NCBI GenBank assembly: GCA_002256025.1
Contig: NKIB01014749.1
Coordinates: 1-41,036 of the forward strand
DNA: 41,036 nt
Direction: 5' to 3'
Source: Asterionella formosa
Lineage: Eukaryota
Made by a program: the position numbers and the translations under genes. Below, one piece after another: positions 32,432 through 41,036 of this stretch; the first letter of the stretch is position 1, and each line of letters opens with the position of its first letter. The notes beneath the pieces are model-generated. The model had not been told where the DNA came from and did not search any database. It saw only the letters and a list, made by a program, of their open reading frames with translations.

Positions 32432-33082
32432 CAGGAATGGCTCCCGTGGTACGGCAGTACGGTAATAATGGATTTGATGTTGTATTTGTGGTCATGAACG
32501 TGATCCATTGGTACATTGCATGTATTTAATTACTGAAATGATATATATATATATGTATATATGTACAGAAATAAAATGATAATACAAAATGTGCTCGGAG
32601 TATACATCGTTGCAACGACAACCGGTATACTGATAGGAGTTGAACTTCAACAGAATTCTATGAACTAAGATACCGGTACATTGTAAAACTGAGTACAAAA
32701 TATGGTTCATACGTCAGATTGTTCGCTGTGATGAGGATCCGCGCAGGCTGTATTTCCTCATCATTCTGTCGTGACACCACGAATGATTTCGTTTTGTTCC
32801 TTCCCTGCTGTTCTTGTTCTATTTAATGGATAGTAAAGTACTTACTACAAAAGCTCGACCAGGGTAGGGTACCCTGGTTACCAGCTACCGGTAGTACCGG
32901 TATCATGTTTCTGTCACCATGGTTGCGCGCCTCGATCTAACACGGTTTGTGGTGGTTGAAACCGACATCGACATGATACCATCCTTTCGGTAAACTATTT
33001 ATATAATATATACCGGTAGTATGGTATAGAAGCAGAAACAGTCCGCCCCCTGAGACGAAAGGTTCAAGCCACTCCTGTTTCT

Positions 33083-35267
33083 TTGCCATTGTTACAGCAA
33101 CCAGTAGAACATCCTACCACTAGTAGCATTTCAACAAGGGCAGCAGCTGCAACGACTGATGCTGATTCTTCATCATTGTCCATCCTTTCCAATCGACAAA
33201 AGCGTGTCAGAAAGTTGTCTCATCCGTCCTTGTCTTTCCTTCAGCACAATGGTGCCATTACTATACAGCTACTACTACTTATAACAATACTCATAGTCCT
33301 TTTCATGTATCAAGGAAAATGGCGGACATTTCCAAATAAATCCATTTATAACAAGCTATTGGGAATCCCCAAGGTCCGTCAATTACTGAAGAGGCTCCAG
33401 CTCCACACAATGGACGATATGTTTTACCCATGGCAGCAACTACAATCACATCAAAAACAATATCATCAAAAATCACCAGCCATTTCATATTGCCTTGGGG
33501 AAATCACATGACTCTGCGGAATTTGCATACTCCTTATTGCCTTGTTGAAACTCCCATTTTCTGTGCCTATCATTCCTTGTGCAAACATCAAGACTCACAA
33601 TATCAATAATCACAACCATTGGTGGCACATGGATATTATCAATGCCATTAAAAAACTATGTATGACTTTAATTTCAAAGAACCGTTGAACGCACCAAGTT
33701 GGTGGTATGGGATTGCACTAGATTGGGTATTTGCACCAACCAAAGTGGCATTGCAGAGATTGGTGGTTGGCAAATCAACAAATCATGATCATGAACCAAA
33801 ACATTATTTACGATGGGATAATTTGGGAAAATATGCTAGAACCAAACGTCAGCTGAAAAAATTTCTAAGGAATCTTGTCAATGAAGATGATACTACCATT
33901 GTATCACAGTTTCATGTATTTCATACAACAAGTTTATTTTTTGACATGTCACAACAACAACGACAAAATGGACAACCATTGCCAATTTGTCATGAATTGT
34001 ACCATGGTCATCGATTGTTTCATAAACTGACACACAGATTATTAATGGATGCTGCCATGGAAGCTGGCAAATGCTTGGTTGCCACTGCGACTGTTGATGC
34101 TATTAATAAAAAATGGTGGACATACCACAATCGAATAGCAGTGCAATGATTCGTCATTACAATGAAAATGGTGGGGAAATCAATACCAATTCTATTTATT
34201 ACATCACATCTCCAACATCATGTTGGTGCTACGTATTCCGTGGCATGCTTGTATACTGAATGGCTAAATGATGAATTGAAACTTGCCATGCAACAAAATT
34301 TCAACTACCTGTTGGATACATTTGTTCATGACGACTGCCCCATTCCACATACCACGACTACTGCAAAATGTGGATGGGATCGTAGTACTCCTATATCAAC
34401 GACATTAGATGTATCAACTGTTGGTACAAATGCAGTATCAATAAAATTCCATGGTGGAATATTATCACGCCATTGGAAATGATCAATATATTAAAACTGC
34501 CATTTCCATTGCACAATGGATACATGGAATACAACGAGATGATGGAAGCTTTGTTCAAAAAGTCATTATGGACCCTGCCACCAAAGAAGACGACGATGTC
34601 ACCAATTCATGTCAAGGACAAGTGTCCTTTGCATTGGCGAGACTGTATCATGTACTGGTAGACAAGAATTCGCATAATTTGGTTCAAAAGAAGGAAGAGT
34701 GGTTGCTGAAAGGGGCACGACGAGCTGCTGCCTATATCGTTGCATCGTATTCTGACATGTCTGATGAAGATGTTCCAATAATGGACGAATGGGTCATGAG
34801 TGCAATAGGTGAACTCTATTCCATATTGGGAGGCAACATTGGCACGGCAATGATAGATCATGCCACGAGGATTGTCCAGTTGGCGGCAAATTCACAAACA
34901 ACGTATATTGGACATGGTGAAGACATGGACAAACTAGGAATTTACAATGGACATTCGTCAGCCACTGTTACAACCAAAGTAACGGAAGGTCTATGTGCTG
35001 TCTACAGTTTGGCATTGAATATGAAACTGGTAGATGATGCTTGTACCATTGAACGAGTAACAACCTTGTCACAACGGTACCAACTGCAATCTCAATATCG
35101 ACCCGAACAAGCCATGTAATATGAAGGACTCTGACCGTGTTTAAGTTGGGTTTCGTGGAGGTGTGGAAAATTGGGAAATGAAGACTTTTGATACACTACA
35201 TAATTTGAACAGTATACTGTGTATGGCGAGATTGGTAAAAGAAATGGAAGTGTCATGGACAGAATGA
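33083..35267 (+). pseudogene. Disrupted paralog of the 686-2683 gene
   Basis: Collinear matches across at least 5 frame segments: TM, WYGIALDW, FHVFHTTSLFFD, LYHGHRLF...L.MDAA.EAG, HVGATYSVACLY, QRDDGSFVQK, GQVSFALARL, TK.TEGLCAVY, YQLQSQYRPE, then MKDSDRV*VGF...HNLNSILCM ending TGA at 35265-35267. Several frameshifts and in-frame stops. Confidence 0.88.
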
Positions 35268-35475
35268 TTGGTATAAAATAAACTGTAAATGATATAGATC
35301 TCATGGCACCAATTCATCAGCCCTATTATTATATGATAGGGCACTACATATTAGTTGCTCTTATGTCAACTTTTCGGTTTCAGAATTTTTGTCAACAGGA
35401 AACGAAAAACCAAACATTGTTGATTCTGTAGTTGTTTCTGCATGTTGTATAAAATTTTCAAGCCGCGGTTTGTGG

Positions 35476-36705
35476 TTATTGCCCAAGGGTCAATGGCAGA
35501 CAGTGCATCCCAAAGTCCTTCTCAATAATATCTATAGCTCTCAATTGATCTTTTTGACTCTTCGCAATGAATTGTGCACTACCATCTCCTTGTGATCCCA
35601 CTCCCTTGCCCCCGTACACATGGGGTTGTAAGGCCGGATGTTGCAATACCTTGTGAAGGACAGGTGACGTAAGATGTGTCGGTGACGCTGGCATGGCATA
35701 GGTATCAAATTGATCTTGTGCCAATGTCATGAGCTCTCCCACAACCTTTGGGTTCCCTTGCTGCAATGCTGCAAGTGCTCGTTTCATAATATCATGATTG
35801 ATGGGACCCAGCAATTGATGGACACCTCGATGAATATCAGTCGTGGGGATAGGATATGCCATTTGCAAGTCACGTAAGATAGCTGGTGTATTCTTGACAG
35901 ACGCAAGGTCCACCATGAGTAAATGAATAGGTGCACCAAGGATAATATCCTCAACCACATGTAAATCATTGCCATTAAATTCCATGACAATTGGCTTCCC
36001 GGCACCGTAGGCGCACCCTTGATCCATTCGTCCACATTTTGAGGGTGTCGTTGTTTCTCCCAAGTATGCAAACTCCATTTCTTGACGTTTTGTGAAATTT
36101 AATCCATAGCATTGACTATATGCTCTGGCCGTAAGGACACAAATGGCAGCTGATGATGATAGACCCTTCTTGACAGGAAGTGTAGTTTTGTAATTATTGA
36201 TAACAATGCCCCCCACCGATGGATATACGTTCCTGATTTGATATGCCACACCAGCAATGTAGCTAAAGAGTGATGTACTCGTAGCTTCACTAAGGAGGTC
36301 ATTAATATCCAATTCCAACTTGGACGTTTCATTGGCATCATTGTTACTATTATGATGATGATGATGATGATTGTTAGTATTAGTAATGTTAGTATTGGTA
36401 TGGACATGAGCTCCACAACCAACACCAACATCATTACAACTGTGATTGAGTGTACATGTCAATACAAGCTTATCAGGATGGGCTCGAACCTTGGCAAACA
36501 GACCTTGGTTGGTTCCAGCAATAAGACACAGCCCAGTGGGAATGTCCTCTACCTGATGATTGGAGGCACAGGCGCTACTAGGACGCCGATACATTCCTGC
36601 CCAATCACTGTGTTCACCAAACAAACAAATACGACCAGGAACGAATATTTCATATTCGATAGCATTGGTACTGGACGCATCCATGGCAATCATAGGAATC
36701 GTCAT
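35476..36705 (-). CDS. GHMP-family kinase (galactokinase/sugar kinase-like)
   Basis: FVPGRICLFGEHSDW, ATP-binding LPVKKGLSSSAA, CGRMDQ and GGKGVGSQGDG; contains an Asn/His low-complexity insert. Confidence 0.9.
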   Translation of the reverse strand: MTIPMIAMDASSTNAIEYEIFVPGRICLFGEHSDWAGMYRRPSSACASNHQVEDIPTGLCLIAGTNQGLFAKVRAHPDKLVLTCTLNHSCNDVGVGCGAHVHTNTNITNTNNHHHHHHNSNNDANETSKLELDINDLLSEATSTSLFSYIAGVAYQIRNVYPSVGGIVINNYKTTLPVKKGLSSSAAICVLTARAYSQCYGLNFTKRQEMEFAYLGETTTPSKCGRMDQGCAYGAGKPIVMEFNGNDLHVVEDIILGAPIHLLMVDLASVKNTPAILRDLQMAYPIPTTDIHRGVHQLLGPINHDIMKRALAALQQGNPKVVGELMTLAQDQFDTYAMPASPTHLTSPVLHKVLQHPALQPHVYGGKGVGSQGDGSAQFIAKSQKDQLRAIDIIEKDFGMHCLPLTLGQ

Positions 36706-37898
36706 GATCGATATTGTTTACTGCACTCAACTGCAAAACAACAACACTTTTTTCATAAAATATTTGTGATAAATTTGATAAAATGCCGGCCGTCATTTTG
36801 GTTACTTCTTCGCCGTCGGTTTTGGGCGTTTTTTTACGGATAATGGACATGCGGCTATTTTTTGAACCAAGCTCTATGTACTGTCAGTTTGGGAATATAT
36901 ATTGTGTACACAAATACCATTGAAAAACCGGCATATACCGGTAGGTATAGGTTACATAAACAAACATACAGGTACCGTCGTTTATCATGGGGAAAGGATT
37001 GCGCGTTTGATTCACTTTAATAAATAGGTGGCTACCGGTATACATATACAATGTGTATTTGCCAGAGGTTGTATCCAATAGACCAGGTCATTCTGATACA
37101 GGAACTGATTTGAGGGCACAAATACGGTATACAGGATATTTTATGTACTTCTAACATTTTAGGAATATCCCTGTTGAGATGTTCCAGATCTCCTTGATAG
37201 TACTTACACATCCAGTGCCCAGTACTAGTTCTCCATTAGCTAGTAGTTCAACAACACTTTAATCTGCTTTTAGATTTGCCTTTTTCAATGTTGTGATTAC
37301 TTCAGATTGATTTTTCTATCCATCTTGCCAAATTACTTGATCTTACCAAATTGATCTTGCTTCATGAATCTTACTTTCTTGCACTTGCTCTTCACCTCAA
37401 TCCACACTTTCTGATTGGTCGATTTTGTAAAATTCTTAATTCCAATTGTTTATCTTGAACATCCCCCAACCCCTCCCTATTTTGTAAATGTTGACAACAA
37501 ACTGCCAACCAACCCCAACACTAACAAGAGCATGCACAGCCCTACATGAGTACCAGTATATTTAATCATCACCACACATTTTGTGCAGTATTGGACCAGA
37601 TTTACGTATTTGTAATAAATTCATATTTTATGTATAGGTATATTCATAACAAAGTGAAATGTGCAAATTTTCAATGGAATTGAATGGTCAAGTTGAGTTG
37701 ATGCTGGTTTTATTGATTGGAGAAATGTTTGCATTCATCATTCAAGACTATGTTAGGGTTTGGGAATCACCATCATCATGTCCATGGCAAAACCACTGAC
37801 TGATGGATTGCACATTCATTATAGCATGTTAAATTACACATCCTTACCATCCAATTGTACCATAGTACCAAGTTTAAGCATCATAAATAGTAAATGCA

Positions 37899-39488
37899 CT
37901 AGGATGAAATCTTATTCCACACACCCACAGCATCTAAAATCTGTTCCGGTTGAGTTGCACCCATTATCACCTTGTCAATTGAATTCTCCTTGAACAAAAA
38001 CTCCAATGCAAATTCTTGCAACTTGACATTTGATGGTATATCATGTTCACTGTTCTGAAGCATCTTTCTAGTTCGTGTAGCAAGTGCATGTCGGATGGTC
38101 CAACCATGAGCTGCAAAGAAATTGGACAAAATATGAGTACTTGGTTCATCCAATTCTTCAAAGGTACCAAATAAGGCAGGAATCACGACATTCATGACAT
38201 GTTCTTCATATGCACTAAAGCTGATCACATTGGCAATCTCTGCATCCAATTCATGAAGCAAGGATTGAAGATATTTTGCTCCCTCCAAGGTTTCAGCTTC
38301 TTCATCTGTAAGGTTGCGTTCTTGCTTGGCTTCTAACAAGGCTTCACCATCAAAGTGAGACAAGGCAATGTTGAGCACTTTCTGGTAAAATGGAGGAGGA
38401 CCTGCCATTAGATGTGTCCAATCTTGTTGATCAGGTCCCTGAGGTAAACAATAATCTAACAAGGAAATGCTTTGTCCTGTCCCGGTTCCAAAGTCAGGAT
38501 AGTATGTCAGTGGTCTCATGGCATAAAGTTGAATATGAGGTCGAATTGCCTTTACAGCTCGTGCTACTTGGATTCCACGCACTTCCATAACATTGATAGG
38601 CAATTGAAGGATGGAAAGCGACGATTGCTCCAACCCCAGTTCCTTCGCAGCTCGATCTGCCGCATTTAATACAACTGTCACATCCAAATGCAAAGGATGG
38701 TCTTTGGGAAGAGCAAGTCCATTGCTAACTACTCCAAAGGAAGGGATCCTGTTGTTGGATTGTTTCACGATTTCCTCAAGTCCACAAAAGGCTTCTGTAA
38801 GTCGATCGGCTGTACTATTGCCATGGACTTCTGGGTTGTGCACCATTGGTATTAGTTGAATGTGTGGGTTATTAGCAAGCAGTTGTGTGGTCGATGAGGA
38901 GGAGTCTGCTATTTGATGCATGTGGGAAACGCTTAGATTGTGGACCACTTGTTGGGTCGTAGTAGTAGTAGTAGTATCAGTTTCTCCTTTTGTTTGCAGT
39001 TCTTCTAGAAGCAAATCACCCGATATTCGTTGGTTACAGTTAGTACTAGTAGCGGTACTACTGGGAGTACTGGTAGTATCATCACTGCTGGTTTCAATGG
39101 TCCGGTATCCCACTCGTTGCAAAACAGTGATTGGACCATTCTCAGGATCACCAATGACGACATTCGCAAGATCTGTCGTGTTGGGACATTCAATGGTAGT
39201 AACTCCATGATCTACAGCTGTTTGAACGACCAATGAATATTGATTTGGCAACATGCGAGCATATTTGTGTGCACCAAGTCCAAGTTTGATATTATCCTTG
39301 TTACAACTGTACGATGTGCTGTTGCTGTTGCTGCGCCATTGTTGTTGATGTTGATAATGATCATGATGATGATGATGGATGCTTAGGACTCTACTTATTA
39401 CGGAGATGCTGGAGGAGGAGGATTGGATGCGCCCAAGCTTATTACAGGTACGAACAATAGTGGCGGCGGTGAGCGCCATTTTCATCAT
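37899..39488 (-). CDS. Divergent aldo/keto-reductase-fold protein with probable mitochondrial targeting peptide
   Basis: KLGLG, A.DHGVTTI, MVHNPE, AFCGLEE.V...RI.SFGVVSN, LQLPIN.ME, MRPL and VIMGATQPEQI.D; Arg/Ser-rich N-terminus. Confidence 0.72.
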   Translation of the reverse strand: MMKMALTAATIVRTCNKLGRIQSSSSSISVISRVLSIHHHHHDHYQHQQQWRSNSNSTSYSCNKDNIKLGLGAHKYARMLPNQYSLVVQTAVDHGVTTIECPNTTDLANVVIGDPENGPITVLQRVGYRTIETSSDDTTSTPSSTATSTNCNQRISGDLLLEELQTKGETDTTTTTTTQQVVHNLSVSHMHQIADSSSSTTQLLANNPHIQLIPMVHNPEVHGNSTADRLTEAFCGLEEIVKQSNNRIPSFGVVSNGLALPKDHPLHLDVTVVLNAADRAAKELGLEQSSLSILQLPINVMEVRGIQVARAVKAIRPHIQLYAMRPLTYYPDFGTGTGQSISLLDYCLPQGPDQQDWTHLMAGPPPFYQKVLNIALSHFDGEALLEAKQERNLTDEEAETLEGAKYLQSLLHELDAEIANVISFSAYEEHVMNVVIPALFGTFEELDEPSTHILSNFFAAHGWTIRHALATRTRKMLQNSEHDIPSNVKLQEFALEFLFKENSIDKVIMGATQPEQILDAVGVWNKISS

Positions 39489-41036
39489 TGCTGAAGTGGT
39501 GAGCTTTATTATACAAACACCCCATCAATAATCGACATATTTACGTAACTAATAAATATGAATTACCCTATGTAATAGTCTGTATCAGAATAAATATAAA
39601 AATGATGCGGTGAAATACAACTGGTAACGGTACCAGGTAGCTATGTACCGGTACATACATATGCAGGTTATACGAAAACTCCGTATAAACAAATAAATAA
39701 CAAGCTTCATCGGCTTGTTTTCCTGATATGACAAACCGTCTTCTAAAACACACCTTGCTTTTGTCGTATATAGCATCTAAGCAACAATGAAAAACAAACT
39801 GACGACTGCAAATGATGTGTCGCATCCCTGTCAGGCGGGGGATGGATGTCTTGTTGCAGGTTGATTCATACATAAGCATCAGCACTTTACATCGTGATAA
39901 TATCTGCATATGATGCTCCATTCATGCGCCGTACGAACCATACCGGCGCAGCCACCAGATTAGGTACATGCGTGAGTGCTAACAATGATGTACTTGGAAC
40001 AGCAATAGAATAGTCATAATATTGTAGTTCACCTTTATTCACGACAAGGTTCCCCTCAACAGAACTACCGGTACAATATCTGTTCTCTCATCTACAACGC
40101 CGATTACTGGTACAGCCGCCACACAAAAAACGCTAGTCAAATATGATCACCCAAATTAATTATTTGGGTGGCCCAATATGACGAATTTAGCTACGTACCG
40201 GTACATAATTTAAGGGTATGACATCACAAAAAAATATGATGCATCATACAATATATATGGACGGAGTGAACTAAAATAGTTTCGACAACTTCCATAATTA
40301 TTTTAGAAACCCACATAATTTTTGGGGCCAACTGACAATATTTTCTGGCGACACGAAGAAAAATTTGTTCAGTAATAATCTCTATAATACGGTACTTTTC
40401 TCGACAATTCGCAACATTTCCGTTCACAAATATTCTTCACTCTGACTATCATTAATTCTGTTAGTTTGCTCCCATTTTATCTTTACTTTGATCACATTAA
40501 TACCTCAAGGTTAAACAAATATATATGCTAGTCAAACAAATAATTATGTGTAACCAATTCACTTTTTCAATTTCATTCTACAATCGCAAAATCAATCAAA
40601 TTAATCGCTTCGCTATATAGTAGTTTATATTGATACTTTCTATAGAACGTGATTCTCAAACCAATACGACAAGCAATGGATGTTCATTCTTGCAGCTGGA
40701 TGCTGTAACGACTCACAAGATTGCCTGGCTACTCATACTTGCAGGAGTCCCTGTTGCTAGTATCGGTAGATCAATTCATAGCAAATGAGCCGGCTGCTCA
40801 TTCTCATTGCTCAGATTGATTGTCTGCTGTAGAAACAAGAGGGCAACAGCATTTGCAGAGTGAGTTGATGAGATAGCAAAAGTTGCGAAGCCATGATTTC
40901 GGTTCTGTGTGCTCCTTACCATGTTCCCCAATGTCCAACCCAGCCCTCATCAAATTGATTGTCTGCAATCAGTGAACAACGGTCGCAGAGTGAGTTCATG
41001 GACGAACAATTTTTACAAAGGCATCGTTCTTGTTGT

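Noticed and set aside
36340..36440. His/Asn tract in the GHMP kinase (also poly-His at ~11470 and ~39360) as a metal-binding module or intron
   Set aside because: These are trinucleotide-slippage tracts (CAT/AAT/ACT) common to many genes here; no convincing splice signals are needed to keep the frame.
686..36705. A glycan biosynthetic gene cluster (toroid proteins, GT60, EamA, GHMP kinase)
   Set aside because: The genes are scattered among unrelated housekeeping genes, have different predicted compartments and show no evidence of co-regulation.
40208..40512. Possible small TIR element (TTAAGGGTAT...ATACCTCAA)
   Set aside because: The inverted similarity is too short and no TSD can be established.

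Overview
Eukaryotic nuclear DNA, most likely from a diatom. The evidence is an Lhcx-type light-harvesting protein with a bipartite ASA-L/F-AP presequence, short GT-AG introns, Cys-rich diatom-style membrane proteins and an Ambal-like LINE relic. About 13 intact genes are present: a bacterial-like alpha/alpha-toroid type II membrane protein, glutathione synthetase, a coiled-coil protein, ZNF598/Hel2, a GT60 GlcNAc-transferase, a head-to-head pair of Cys-rich type I membrane proteins, a claudin-like protein, a 7-TM protein, Lhcx, a plastid EamA transporter, a GHMP kinase and an AKR-like protein. There is also a disrupted paralog of the first gene, an OPR/RAP-like pseudogene and several transposon relics. 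The most striking unexplained signal is the palindrome family TA-CC(N0-2)GG-TA. I count 19 exact TACCGGTA by eye against about 0.5 expected, none in a CDS I accept, and some chained through shared TAs. A ~755-bp TA-flanked MITE with CCA...TGG termini in the same window offers a mechanistic candidate: transposon excision footprints. All family assignments come from motif recognition by eye; no searches were run.
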